64,000 nt of DNA from an uncultured Planctomycetota bacterium (GCA_963737655.1 CAVTTN010000002.1:7200001-7264000); one strand, 5' to 3'. Shown: positions 1 through 13,753, counted from the first letter of the stretch. Numbers and translations: made by a program. The notes: generated from the sequence alone by a model not told the origin.

Positions 1-2
1 CG

Positions 3-3000
3 ATCCGGCTCGACGACACCAGCCACGCCTACCCCACGTTCGACCTGACCGGCCAGCCCGCCGGCTCCTACGCGCTCAAGGCGATCCACGCCGACGGCTC
101 CTCGACGACCCTCCCGGCCGCGCTCACGGTCTCCAACGGCGGGGGCCCGGACATCGCCACGAACCTGAACGTCCCGGAGTTCGTCCTCCGGGGCGGCCAG
201 GGGACGTTCGAGGTCACCTTCGGCAACGACGGGACGACCGACGCCATCGCCCCCCTCCTGACGATCACCTCGTCCACCGGGACGTCGATGGGCTTCTCCC
301 CCTCGACGATCTCCCCGGCCGTCTATCTCCGCGTCTTCGGGGTCGCCACCGACGGCCCGGCGGGCATCCTCCGCCCCGGGACGCAGTATACGGTCCCGGT
401 CTATTTCGACGCACCGACGGTCGCGGGCGAGCCGTACCATTTCGAGATCCAGGTGATCCAGGCCAACGACCCCCGGCCGATCGATTGGAGCGTGGTCCAG
501 GGCTGGATCGTCCCCTCGAACTTCGCCCTGCCGAACTGGTCGGCGGTGTTCGCGAACCTCCAGCAGAGGCTCGGCTCGACCTACGGCGACCTCGTCACGA
601 CCCTGTCGAAGGACGCCAGCCTGATCCCGGCGAGCTCGGGCGAGAACAACGACCTTTACAGCCTGATCGACCTGGAAGTGCAAAGGTCGATCGCGGCGGT
701 GGGGACGTCCCTGGGCGGCGTGATCGCGGCCGTCGATCCCTCGATCGCCATCGCCGGGCGGACGGTCGTGGCCACGAACACGACGACCCAGGACGAATTC
801 ACGACAACAACCCTGAATGACGGCTCCTACCTGTTCCCGCAGGTCACCGCCGGCTCGTATTCGCTGACCGTCACCGGGGCATTGACGGCCGGCGTCTCGG
901 CGACGGTGGCCGACGGCCAGGCGGCGGGCGCCGGGGCGATGGTGATCACCTCCGGGGCGACGATCCGAGGGCAAATCCTGGCCCAGGGATCGGGATCGCC
1001 GGTGGCGGGCGCGTCGATCCGGGCGGTCCGCGAGTCGGACTCGGCCTCGTTCCAGGTCTCCGGCGACGCCCAGGGCCGCTTCGCGATGACCGGGCTCGCC
1101 CCGGGCGTGTATGACCTCGTGGTCGAGGCCCCCGGCCTGGCCCGATCGATCCTGACCGGGATCGACGTGACCCAGGGGGACGCCGCCCGAGACGTCTCGC
1201 TCGCCCCGGAATCCCTGATCCAGGGGACCATCACCCTCGCCGGGGGCGCGACCGACGCGAACCCGACCCAGATCATCATCGCCCCGACCGGCGGGTCGGA
1301 CGTCGGCGGCCCGTTCGTCGAGAACGTGTACGGACCCAGCTTCTCCGTCGGCGGCCTCGCGGCGGGGACGTACAACGTCTTCATCGAGCATGACGGCTAC
1401 GTTCGCCAGGAGATCCAGGGCGTGACGGTCGGCGCAGGCGCCACGGTCAACCTTTCGGCGATCTCGCTCGTCCTGGGCGCCTCGATCTCCGGGACGATCT
1501 CGACGACCGGGACGAGCTTCCCGGCGGCGGGGCAGTCGGTGGGCCTGTTCGACTCCTCGGGCGACGAGGTCGCGTTCGCCTCGACCGGCTCGGCCGGCGA
1601 CTTCGCCTTCCTCGGGATCGCCCCGGGGACGTACACCCTCCGAGTGGCCGGATTGTCCGGCCTGGCCGACCAGCCCTCGGTGACCGTCGCCTCGGGCGCC
1701 TCGGTGGCGAACCTGACCATCGCGATCCAACCGGGAGGGACGATCTCGGGGACGATCCGCGACTCGGCCGATGCGTCGGTCCTGGCGGGGGTGATCGTCA
1801 ACGCGGTGGACGCCAGCGGCAATCGCTTCGTCGCGGCGACCGATGCCTCGGGCCATTATGAGTTCGACCACCTCGGGAGCGGCGCCTACACGGTGATGGT
1901 CCCGGGATCGGCCGTGGCGTCGTCGACCTCGGTCACGGTGACCTCGCTCACAGGCCCTCCGGTGACGGCCGACCTGTCGGTGAGCATCGCGGCCCGGGTC
2001 TCGGGCACGGTCCGGGCGGCGGACGGCTCGATCCTCTCCGGGGCGGAGGTCGATCTCTACCAGGCCGGGTCGCTGGTCGCCTCCACATTCGCCGATTCGT
2101 CGGGGCATTACGGCTTCCTGTTCGACGGGGCCGGGAGTTTCACCCTGGTGGCCTCGGCCTCCGGGGCCGCGTTCGCCCCGGTCGACCTGACCGTCGCGGC
2201 CGGCGATGCGACCACGGAAGACCTGGCCGCCGGCTCCGCATCTCTGGTCGTTGCGTTCGTCGATCCTTCCACCTCCCCGGCGGGCGCCCTGGCCATCCTC
2301 CAGCAGATCACGGCCGAGGGGCCGGTCCAGGCCGGGTTCGCCACCGTCGCCGCCGACGGCACCGCCAGTTTCGCCGGGCTCGTGGCGGGGACTTACGAGG
2401 TCTCGATCCTGAACACCGACGGCCAGGGGGCCGACGTCCAGTTGACCGTCGGGGCCACCGGGACGACGACCCAGACGATCAACCTCGTGGCGACCTCGAC
2501 GGTCTCCGGGACGGTCACCGGCCCCTCCGGCCAGCCGGTCTCGGGGGCCCTGGTCGAGGTGATCGCCCCCGGGGGCGGGTCTCCGTTGCTGGCGCTCTCG
2601 GCAAGCGACGGGACGTATTCGATCCCCGGCGTGATCCCCGGCATGTACGACCTCGCGGTCTCGGCCCCGGGCCTGGCGGCGGTGGTCCGCACGGGGGTCA
2701 CGGTCTCGGGAGCCACCACGCTGAGCGCCTCGCTCCAGGCGCCGGGGACGACCCTCGACGGCTCGGTCGTCGATCCCGGCGGGCACGGGGTTGCCGGGGC
2801 GAGCGTGACGGTCCTCGACGCGGCGGGCCACGTCGTGGGGATCGCCTCGACGGCCGCCGACGGGTCGTTCTCGGTCGCTCTGGCGCTGGGGACGGGCCTC
2901 CGGGTCGTCGTCTCGGCCCAGGGGTTCGCCCCGGTCGTGCTCTCGGGCGTGGACGCCAGCTCCGGCCCGGCCGTCCATCTGGGCTCGAAGACGATCCAGC

Positions 3001-5873
3001 CGACGGCGCTGGCCGTCGGGCAGGCCGGCTCGCTCTCGGACCCGGCCGCGAAGGGCAAGGCCCCCGCTTCGGGCGTTTCGGGCTCGTCGGGCTACGGCAA
3101 CGGCTATCCCGGGGGCGGAGGGGGTGGCACCGGGACTCCCACCACGCCCTACGGCTATCCGACCGTCCCGCCGGACCTCGTCCCCGCGTGGGCCGACCGC
3201 ATCCAGTTTCAGCTGAACAACTCGAAGAACATCGCCTCCCAGCTGAAGGACCTGCTCGGCCGGCTGATCCTCGACGCCGCGAAGTCGGCGCCCCCGCCGC
3301 CGATGCCGTCCTGCATGCCTTCGTGCCAGGACGCCTACGACGCCCTCCAGGCGGCGATCAAGGTCGAGGACCCGTACAAGGCCCAGATCGACAAGCTCAA
3401 CGACGCCCTGGGCCAGGCCACGGCGTTGGTGGCCGCCTACGACGCCATCGCCCTGCTCCAGGCCGCTTCGGTCGTCGCCTTCCTCTTCACCGCCGGCGCC
3501 GTCGGCGCCGAGATCCTGGAGGGGCTCAAGGGGGTCGAGACCGCCGGGCAGTTGACCATCGAATCGGCGCAGATCCAGCAGCAGCTCTTGCGGCAGGGCC
3601 TCATCCAGAAGGGCGCGATCGCCGGCGGCGGCCTCCTCGCCCTGGACCTCGGCCAGACCATCCTCAACGACATCAAGGAGCTCTTCAAGACCCTCCAGGA
3701 GCTGTTCGAGATCAACAACGAGCTCATCAAGCTCACCAACGAGGCGAACGAGGCCAGGGCCAAGCTCAAGGAGCTCGACGACGCCACCCGCCAGGCCCTC
3801 CTCAACTACTCCAAGTGCCTCCAGAACGCCGCCAACCAGCAGAACCCGGCCTGTTGCAACATGAGCGGCAAGGACATGGGGATGATGTGCATGCCCCCGC
3901 CGCCCAACCCGCCGGGCAATCCCGGCAAGCCCGGCAACGGCGGAGGCGGCGGCGCCGCGGCGCCCCACGACCCCAATGATATCCTCGGGCCCGTGGGCTA
4001 TGGCGATCAGGGATTCGTGGCCCAGGCCGCGACGTTGCCCTATGAAATCCTCTTCGAGAACGCCTCCACGGCCACCGTCCCGGCCCAGGTCGTCACCGTC
4101 ACCGAGACGCTCGACCCCAACCTCGACCCCCGCTCCTTCCGCCTGGGCGACTTCGGCTTCGCCGGGATGACGTTCTCCGTCCCCGACAATTCGGCGTTCT
4201 ATCAGACGACGCTGGACCTGACCTCGACCCTCGGCTTCGACCTGGAGGTCTTCGCCGGGATCGACGTCCAGACCGGCGTGGCGACCTGGGTCTTCACCAC
4301 GATCGACCCGAACACCGGCGAGGTGCCGACCGACCCCCGGATCGGCTTCCTCAAGCCCGACGACGGCACCGGCGTGGGCCAGGCGTTCGTCAACTACACC
4401 GTCCAGGCCAGGACCACGACCCACACCGGCGACACGATCTCGGCGAAGGCCCGGATCGTGTTCGATTCCGAGGAGCCGATCGACACGCCGACGGTCGTCA
4501 ACACGATCGACGCCTCTCCGGTGGCGACCGTGCAGACGGCCCCGCCCGCGGCCTCGGGCTCGACGACGATCCCCCTGTCCTGGGGAGGCCAGTCCGACCC
4601 GTCGGGATCGGCCGCGGCGAGCTACACCGTGTACGTGAGCCAGGACGGCGGCCCCTTCATGGTCTATCTCCAGGACACGACGGCGACCCAGGCCACGTTC
4701 GTCGGCCAGAGCGGCAGCGTCTATCAGTTCTACACCGTGGCCACGAGCAACACGGGGCAGGTCGGCTCGCCCAGCGCGATCAATTCGGTGGCCGTCCTGG
4801 CGACGGCCCCGGCGGCCCCGGCGTCGCCGACGTTGCTGGCCTCGGAGGAGGCCTCGACCTCGATGCCGACGACCACCACGAGCACCCAGCCTCACCTGGT
4901 CGGCTCCTATCCCCGGTCCAACCCGCTGTTGCCGGCGTATACGATCCAGCTCCTCGATAGCGGAGGCAACGTCGTCGGCACCGCCACCACGGCGGCCGAC
5001 GGCTCGTATTCCATCCAGACGACGAGCCTGACCGTCGGCGACCATACGTTCACCGTCCGGGCCGAGGACGCCACCGGCAACCTCAGCCCGGCCAGCGGCC
5101 CGGTCACCATCACCGTGATTTCCTCGAACACCGGAGGTGGCGGCGGCGGCGGAGGTGGTGGCGGTGGCGGTGGGGGAACCGGAGGCGGAGGGACCGGCGG
5201 AGGCGGGACCGGCGGTGGGGGAACCGGAGGCGGCGGGACCGGAGGTGGCGGGACCGGAGGCGGCGGTGGAGGAGGTGGGACCGTCACCCCGCCCGACCAG
5301 ACCGGCCCGGTCGTCTCGTCGGTCCATCTGATCAAGAAGCGAGGCCGGGTCACCCAGATTCAGGTCACCTTCAACGAGGCCGTGGACGCCGCCTCGGCCG
5401 TCCTGATCGGCAACTACCTGCTCCGCACCACGGGCCGCGACCAACGGTACGGCACGAAGGACGACCGGAGCTACAAGATCAAGGCGATCACCTACGATCC
5501 GGCGACCCACACCGCCACGCTGACCCTGAAGACGCCTCTGCTGCTGAACGTCCCTCTGCGGCTGGACGTGGGCGGGCTGGGGACCTCGGCGATCCACGAC
5601 GGCTCGGGCCACACCCTGAACGAGACGAAGGACGGCCAGCCCGGCGCGGCCTTCGCCTTCGCCTTCGGCAAGACCCCGCACCCGAAGCCCGTGAAGATGC
5701 CGAAGGTCGGCAGGGGGAAGAAGGCGAAGGCCGCCGAGGTCGCCACGATCGCCCCGGCGCCCGCCCCGATCGGCCCCCTGGCCGCGCTCGCCGTCGATTT
5801 CCTCCTGACCGACCCGAGCCTGGTGCCCACCACCCCCGGCAGGAAGGTCCACCGATTCGGCCAGGGGGATTGA
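3..5873 (+). CDS. Giant secreted/surface protein, 5'-partial: carboxypeptidase-regulatory-like/Ig beta-sandwich repeats, inserted helical domain, DPND domain, FN3/Big-like domains, Gly-rich linker, basic C-terminal domain
   Basis: The frame of ORF 288..5873 stays open back to position 3 (IRLDDTSHAYPTF...), so the start lies upstream of the window. Repeated G-x-(I/V)-x-G-x-V...G-x-Y-x-(L/V) units, the motif HDPNDILGPVGYG and a GGGGT linker are visible. Confidence 0.85.
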   Translation: MRLDDTSHAYPTFDLTGQPAGSYALKAIHADGSSTTLPAALTVSNGGGPDIATNLNVPEFVLRGGQGTFEVTFGNDGTTDAIAPLLTITSSTGTSMGFSPSTISPAVYLRVFGVATDGPAGILRPGTQYTVPVYFDAPTVAGEPYHFEIQVIQANDPRPIDWSVVQGWIVPSNFALPNWSAVFANLQQRLGSTYGDLVTTLSKDASLIPASSGENNDLYSLIDLEVQRSIAAVGTSLGGVIAAVDPSIAIAGRTVVATNTTTQDEFTTTTLNDGSYLFPQVTAGSYSLTVTGALTAGVSATVADGQAAGAGAMVITSGATIRGQILAQGSGSPVAGASIRAVRESDSASFQVSGDAQGRFAMTGLAPGVYDLVVEAPGLARSILTGIDVTQGDAARDVSLAPESLIQGTITLAGGATDANPTQIIIAPTGGSDVGGPFVENVYGPSFSVGGLAAGTYNVFIEHDGYVRQEIQGVTVGAGATVNLSAISLVLGASISGTISTTGTSFPAAGQSVGLFDSSGDEVAFASTGSAGDFAFLGIAPGTYTLRVAGLSGLADQPSVTVASGASVANLTIAIQPGGTISGTIRDSADASVLAGVIVNAVDASGNRFVAATDASGHYEFDHLGSGAYTVMVPGSAVASSTSVTVTSLTGPPVTADLSVSIAARVSGTVRAADGSILSGAEVDLYQAGSLVASTFADSSGHYGFLFDGAGSFTLVASASGAAFAPVDLTVAAGDATTEDLAAGSASLVVAFVDPSTSPAGALAILQQITAEGPVQAGFATVAADGTASFAGLVAGTYEVSILNTDGQGADVQLTVGATGTTTQTINLVATSTVSGTVTGPSGQPVSGALVEVIAPGGGSPLLALSASDGTYSIPGVIPGMYDLAVSAPGLAAVVRTGVTVSGATTLSASLQAPGTTLDGSVVDPGGHGVAGASVTVLDAAGHVVGIASTAADGSFSVALALGTGLRVVVSAQGFAPVVLSGVDASSGPAVHLGSKTIQPTALAVGQAGSLSDPAAKGKAPASGVSGSSGYGNGYPGGGGGGTGTPTTPYGYPTVPPDLVPAWADRIQFQLNNSKNIASQLKDLLGRLILDAAKSAPPPPMPSCMPSCQDAYDALQAAIKVEDPYKAQIDKLNDALGQATALVAAYDAIALLQAASVVAFLFTAGAVGAEILEGLKGVETAGQLTIESAQIQQQLLRQGLIQKGAIAGGGLLALDLGQTILNDIKELFKTLQELFEINNELIKLTNEANEARAKLKELDDATRQALLNYSKCLQNAANQQNPACCNMSGKDMGMMCMPPPPNPPGNPGKPGNGGGGGAAAPHDPNDILGPVGYGDQGFVAQAATLPYEILFENASTATVPAQVVTVTETLDPNLDPRSFRLGDFGFAGMTFSVPDNSAFYQTTLDLTSTLGFDLEVFAGIDVQTGVATWVFTTIDPNTGEVPTDPRIGFLKPDDGTGVGQAFVNYTVQARTTTHTGDTISAKARIVFDSEEPIDTPTVVNTIDASPVATVQTAPPAASGSTTIPLSWGGQSDPSGSAAASYTVYVSQDGGPFMVYLQDTTATQATFVGQSGSVYQFYTVATSNTGQVGSPSAINSVAVLATAPAAPASPTLLASEEASTSMPTTTTSTQPHLVGSYPRSNPLLPAYTIQLLDSGGNVVGTATTAADGSYSIQTTSLTVGDHTFTVRAEDATGNLSPASGPVTITVISSNTGGGGGGGGGGGGGGGTGGGGTGGGGTGGGGTGGGGTGGGGTGGGGGGGGTVTPPDQTGPVVSSVHLIKKRGRVTQIQVTFNEAVDAASAVLIGNYLLRTTGRDQRYGTKDDRSYKIKAITYDPATHTATLTLKTPLLLNVPLRLDVGGLGTSAIHDGSGHTLNETKDGQPGAAFAFAFGKTPHPKPVKMPKVGRGKKAKAAEVATIAPAPAPIGPLAALAVDFLLTDPSLVPTTPGRKVHRFGQGD
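5132..5283 (+). repeat. Gly-rich coding repeat (poly-G then (GGGGT)n, about 15-bp unit)
   Basis: Tandem ggaggcggcgggacc-like units encode GGGGGG...GTGGGGTGGGGT within the giant protein. Confidence 0.9.
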
Positions 5874-5971
5874 GTCCATCTCGGTTCGCACGCCCACGAA
5901 TTCGTGGCCTGCGGCCCATGTTGGCGAGACGCTTGTTCCTGTTTCGGCGATGACACGTCCAGCGTTTTCTT

Positions 5972-6009
5972 GGGTGGCGCGGGTCCCGAAGCCGGAACCC
6001 GTGTCACCC
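5972..6009. repeat. GTGG-starting imperfect hairpin (REP-like element or terminator) after the giant gene
   Basis: GGGTGGCGCGGGTCCCG-AAGC-CGGAACCCGTGTCACCC; the stem has G:T pairs and one mismatch. Confidence 0.45.
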
Positions 6010-6145
6010 CAAAGAGATCTGAGGAAGAACCCGGGGAGACTCAGGCGGAAACCGACCTTGGGGATCGCGGATTCGTCCGGGGCGTCGGTATCGGGTATCC
6101 TGATCGACGGGACTGGGGAGGACGCGGGAACATCCGGGGCATCCT

Positions 6146-6616
6146 ATGGACGCGGCGAGCCGGGTGGCGGTCCTGGCGATCGGCGGGGCGATGGGCGTGA
6201 ATGCCCGATACTGGCTCTCGGTCGCGATGGATGCGAGGGTCGGCCGGGGGTTCCCCTGGGCTACGTTCGCGATCAACGTTTCCGGGGCATTCGCCCTGGG
6301 GCTCCTGGCCACCTTGATGGCCCGGTGGAGGCCCGACCATCCGGCGAGGCTGGCGGTCCTGGTCGGGTTTTTGGGCGGGTTCACGACGTTCTCGACGTTC
6401 GCGATGGAGTCGGCCCGGCTCTGGAGCGACGGGGCATTCGGCCGGTCGATCGCGTACATGGGCGGGAGCGTCGCGGCGGGGTTCGTCGCGGTCGTCCTGG
6501 GGTCGGCGGTCGGCCGTCTGGCGACCGATCAGCGGCGGGTCGAGGTCGCGGTCGGGGCGGGCGTCCCCATCGCCGAGGGGGGCGGCGGCGAGGTCGGGGC
6601 GGGCGAGGGAGACTGA
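6146..6616 (+). CDS. crcB: Fluoride efflux channel CrcB/FluC
   Basis: Motifs GGAMGVNARY, FPWATFAINVSG and GFLGGFTTFSTF; four hydrophobic helices. Confidence 0.93.
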   Translation: MDAASRVAVLAIGGAMGVNARYWLSVAMDARVGRGFPWATFAINVSGAFALGLLATLMARWRPDHPARLAVLVGFLGGFTTFSTFAMESARLWSDGAFGRSIAYMGGSVAAGFVAVVLGSAVGRLATDQRRVEVAVGAGVPIAEGGGGEVGAGEGD

Positions 6617-6647
6617 TCGGCCCTCTCCTTCGCGTTCAGGGCCGAGA

Positions 6648-8255
6648 TCAACGTCGGGGCCCGAGCGCCGTCAGCAGGTCGGCCTGGGCCTGGGTCGCGG
6701 CCCAGAGCGCGTCGAGCCGGGCGTTCTCGACCTGGATCAGGCTCCTCCGGGCCTGGAGGAGCTTGGTCAGGTCGGCCTGGCCCGCCTCGAAGAGCCGCTC
6801 CATGGCGGCGATCTGCGAGCGGACGGCCTCGGGCAATCCCGCGGTCCGGCTCACCAGGCGGCTCGCCCCGTTCCACTTGGCCACGGCGGCCCGGACCTGC
6901 GCCGTGATCCTCTGCTCGGTCTGCTGGGCGGCGGTGGCGGCCCGGCGGAGCTCGGCCTCTCGCTGACGGACCAGGGGTTGCCCGTTATTGAGCGTGGGGA
7001 GCGGGGTGATATACACGAAGCCGAAGAACTGCGTCCCCTGTTCGTCCCTCTCGTAGACCGGGCCGGCGACGGGGGTGGGGATCTTGTCCCCCTTGGCCAG
7101 GCAGACGGCGGCCTTCGCCCCGGTCACGACGGCGCGGGCGGCGTGGAGGTCCGGCCGGTTGGCCAGGGCCATCGAGACGAACTCGGCGTCCTCGACCTGG
7201 GGGATCGTCCCCGGGAGGATGAACTCGCCCAGGGGCTCGGCCGAGTTGGCCGACTCCGGCAGGCCGATCTGGTTGCGGAGGTCCGCCAGCGCCGTGGCGT
7301 AATCCTGGCGGGCCGACTCGACTAGTTGCCGGGTCGCCTGCGCCTCGACCTCGGCCAGGGTGACGTCGGCGGCCTGGACCTGGCTGGCCTCCAGCCTCCG
7401 GCGCAAGGTCTCCACCAACCGGTCGTTGAAGTCGGCGAGGGCCTCGGAGACCCGGAGCTTCTCTCGGCGGTAGGCGGCCGTCTGGAAGAAGCGGTACGTC
7501 TGGACCAGGGTGGTCAATTCGGCCTGAACGACGGTCCATTGTTGCTGCGTATAGGCGGCCTTGGCGATGTTGTAGCGGTGGGTGGTCTGGTGCCCCAGCT
7601 CGATCGGCTGCCGGAGCGAGAAGTACATCAGGGCGTCTTTCTGGTCCATGTAATTGCCGATGCGGCCCCGGGCGCCGAAGTTCTGGGACGGCACCCGCTC
7701 GTAGACCAGCGGGCGGATGTCGATCCAGAGCGTGGGGTTGAGGGTCACGGGGAAGCGTCGGGCCACCTCGACGGCCTCGGCAGAGGCGGCGTTGGCCCCG
7801 CGGAGGGTGACGAGGTCCGGGTTCCGCGTGATCGCCCCATACAGGGCCGCTTCCATGCTCAACGGCTGACTGCCGAGGTCCGAGACGGCCTCCGCCGGTC
7901 CCGAGGGCAACGCCGCCTCGGGTGCCAGGGGCGCCGGCAGCGCCTCCTCGGGGCCGATCTGGACCCGCCGAAGCGGCGCATCCGCCGACCTCAAAACGGG
8001 TTGCGCCGGGGCTGGATTGGGTCGCGGCGATACCGCCGTCGCGGGCCTCGCCCTGGGGGCCGGCGCGGCAATCGGGGCCGGGATCGGGGAGGGGATCTTG
8101 CGAGGGGCGCCCCGGAATCGGTCCAGGAACCGCCGACCCGTCGGCCCTGCTGAGCCGGGCTGGGTCAGCACGACCTGGCCGGGAGCCGTCTCCGTCGATC
8201 CGGGCCGGTCCGCGCCCGCCTGGCCCAGCATCGCCAGCAGCAGCAGAGATCTCAC
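6648..8255 (-). CDS. TolC-family outer-membrane efflux protein with Pro-rich N-terminal extension
   Basis: GTG at 8255 with GGAGG RBS upstream; two OEP-like halves (ALYGAITRNPDL; MALANRPDL...FEAGQADLTKLLQAR). Confidence 0.8.
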   Translation of the reverse strand: MRSLLLLAMLGQAGADRPGSTETAPGQVVLTQPGSAGPTGRRFLDRFRGAPRKIPSPIPAPIAAPAPRARPATAVSPRPNPAPAQPVLRSADAPLRRVQIGPEEALPAPLAPEAALPSGPAEAVSDLGSQPLSMEAALYGAITRNPDLVTLRGANAASAEAVEVARRFPVTLNPTLWIDIRPLVYERVPSQNFGARGRIGNYMDQKDALMYFSLRQPIELGHQTTHRYNIAKAAYTQQQWTVVQAELTTLVQTYRFFQTAAYRREKLRVSEALADFNDRLVETLRRRLEASQVQAADVTLAEVEAQATRQLVESARQDYATALADLRNQIGLPESANSAEPLGEFILPGTIPQVEDAEFVSMALANRPDLHAARAVVTGAKAAVCLAKGDKIPTPVAGPVYERDEQGTQFFGFVYITPLPTLNNGQPLVRQREAELRRAATAAQQTEQRITAQVRAAVAKWNGASRLVSRTAGLPEAVRSQIAAMERLFEAGQADLTKLLQARRSLIQVENARLDALWAATQAQADLLTALGPRR

Positions 8256-8614
8256 GGACGTCGCCTCCTGCAAGCCGGTCGGGATGAGGTCGAACCCGTC
8301 CCAACCCGGATCTCCGATCCCCCGCCGTCCACGGCGGCTTCCCCAGCTCGGCAGCTTCCCTGACTTGCCGGGCTCCCGCCAATCATTATCGAACCGAGGT
8401 CCGCGGCCCATGAGCCGAATTGCCGGAGGCTTTGCGAACGATCCTTGACATTGACGCACGTTTCGAAGATTGATGCTTGACACGCGAAAAATGTGTCGCC
8501 AAAGTAGTCTTTCTCGACTGGCCCGGTCCTCAGGGGTGGGGGCTCGGGCGAGCGTCGCCGGTCGACCGGGACGAGGGGGGTCGTGCGTGGTCTTTTCCGA
8601 AAGGCCGAGATGCC

Positions 8615-9046
8615 ATGGCGGCACTTGTGCGATGCCGGTGCGGTCTCCAGTTTCAGGTCAAGGGGAAGTCGGGGGAGACGACGATCGCCTGTCCGGTCTG
8701 CAGGAGGTCGATCCTCCTGCCCCCGCCCCAGGCGGCGGCGGCCGACGCCCCGAGTCGGCGACGAACGATCCTGGTGAGCGGGGCGGTGGGGATCGTCGTC
8801 CTCCTGTCGTTCGGAACTGTCGGCGTCCTGGCCATGAGGGTGACTCGGGCGGATCGGTCGATGCGCCGGGCCGTCGTGGCGACGAGCGTCTCGAATCCGG
8901 GCGCGGAGGTCCCGTCGTTGGCATCCTCCCCGGCCCCTCCGACCGTCTCCGGGCGGCTGGATTCGCAGTTCCTCCCGCTGGGATCGGTCAGCGCCCCGGC
9001 GGCCAAGCAGGAGGTCCGCGCGATCCCGCGGGCCAAGCGCAAGTGA
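8615..9046 (+). CDS. Small membrane protein with N-terminal zinc ribbon
   Basis: MAALVRCRCG...CPVC followed by one transmembrane segment (ILVSGAVGIVVLLSFGTVGVLA). Confidence 0.6.
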   Translation: MAALVRCRCGLQFQVKGKSGETTIACPVCRRSILLPPPQAAAADAPSRRRTILVSGAVGIVVLLSFGTVGVLAMRVTRADRSMRRAVVATSVSNPGAEVPSLASSPAPPTVSGRLDSQFLPLGSVSAPAAKQEVRAIPRAKRK

Positions 9047-9145
9047 ACATCCCGGGCGCGATCGGGACGGCCTCCTCGTCCTCGGGAGGTGCCCGTCCCC
9101 ATCGCGCCCGGGGCGTCTCGGAGCGATCCCCGGGCCTCGGGACCG

Positions 9146-10593
9146 TCAGGCCAGGAGCTTCCGGACCACCTCGCCGGCCACGTCGGTGAGCCGGAAGTCC
9201 CGGCCCTGGAAGCGGTAGGTCAGCCTGGTGTGGTCGAAGCCCAGGAGGTGGAGGATCGTCGCGTGGAGGTCGTGGACGTGCACCTTGTCCTCCACCGCGT
9301 TGAACCCGAGGTCGTCGGTCTTCCCCAGGCTGATCCCCGGCTTGATCCCCCCGCCGGCCATCCACATGGTGAAGGCGTTGGGGTGATGGTCCCGGCCGTC
9401 GTCCCCGCCCTGGACCATCGGCGTCCGGCCGAACTCGCCCCCCCAGATCACCAGGGTGTCGTCCAGGAGGCCCAGCCGCTTCAGGTCCTTGACCAGGGCC
9501 GCGCTCGGCCTGTCCGTCTTGCCGCACTGGTCCTTCAGGCCGCTCGTGAGGCCGCCGTGGTGGTCCCACGCCTCGTGGAAGACCTGGACGAACCGCACCC
9601 CACGCTCCACCAGCCGCCGGGCCAGCAGGCACGAATTCGCATACGACGACTTGCCCGGCTCCGCGCCATACATGGCCAGGGTCTCGGGCGACTCCTTCGA
9701 GAGGTCCATGAGCTCCGGGGCGCTCTCCTGCATCCGGTAGGCGAGCTCGAACGACTCGATCCGCGTGGCGATCTCGGGATCGCCGACCGCCCCGAGCTTC
9801 TGGCGGTTCAACTGGGCGATGGCGTCGATCGAGTCCCTCTGAATCTGGCGATCGACCCCCTCGGGATTGCTTAAATACAGGACCGGATCGCCCTGGCCCC
9901 GGAACGGGACGCCCTGATGGACGGTCGGCAGGAAGCCGCACCCCCAGTTGCCCGCGCCTCCCGAGGTCCCTTTCTGGCCGGTGCTGAAGACGACGTAGGC
10001 GGGCAGATCCTGGTTCTCGGTGCCGAGCCCGTAGGTCGTCCAGGCCCCCATGCTCGGCCGGCCGAACTGCTGGCTGCCGGTGTTCATGAAGATCTGGGCG
10101 GGGGCATGGTTGAAGGCGTCGGTGACCATCGATTTGACGATGGCGATGTCGTCCGCGACCTCGGCCAGGTGGGGCGTCAGCTCCGAAAGCTCGGCCCCGC
10201 TCTGGCCGTGCTTCGAGAACTTGAACTTCGGACCCAGCAGGGTTGAGTTCGGGTTGATGAACGCCGCCCGATAGCCCTGGAGCAGCTCTTTCGGCGGCAG
10301 GGTCCCGTTGAACTTGGCAAGCTGGGGCTTGTAGTCGAACAGTTCCAGGTGGCTCGGCGCGCCGGCCTGGAACAGGTAGATGATGCTCTTGGCCTTCGCC
10401 GGGAAATGAGGGGACTTGGGCGCGAGGGGGCTGGTCGGGCCCCGGTCTCCGCGCCGATCGCGGGCGATCCGAGCGCCTGCCCCAGCAACGAGCCGAGGGC
10501 GACCGAGCCGAGGCCGACGCCGCAATCGCGGAAGAACCAGCGGCGGGTCACGGCCCGGCGGACCTCGTCCCGAAACGTCTCATCGAGGGTCAT
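9146..10593 (-). CDS. DUF1501 domain protein (Tat-like N-terminus), with one apparent frameshift near 10440
   Basis: N-terminus [14 protein letters not shown] in ORF 10177..10593; body [25 protein letters not shown]...WGGEFGRTP...GRDHH in ORF 9146..10525; adding one base joins them. Confidence 0.88.
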
Positions 10594-10600
10594 GGGCCGG

Positions 10601-13753
<3,153 letters not shown>

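Noticed and set aside
5945..6145. Fluoride riboswitch upstream of crcB (GGCGATG at about 5946)
   Set aside because: The following stem and the downstream CTGATG...CTAC-type element are absent.
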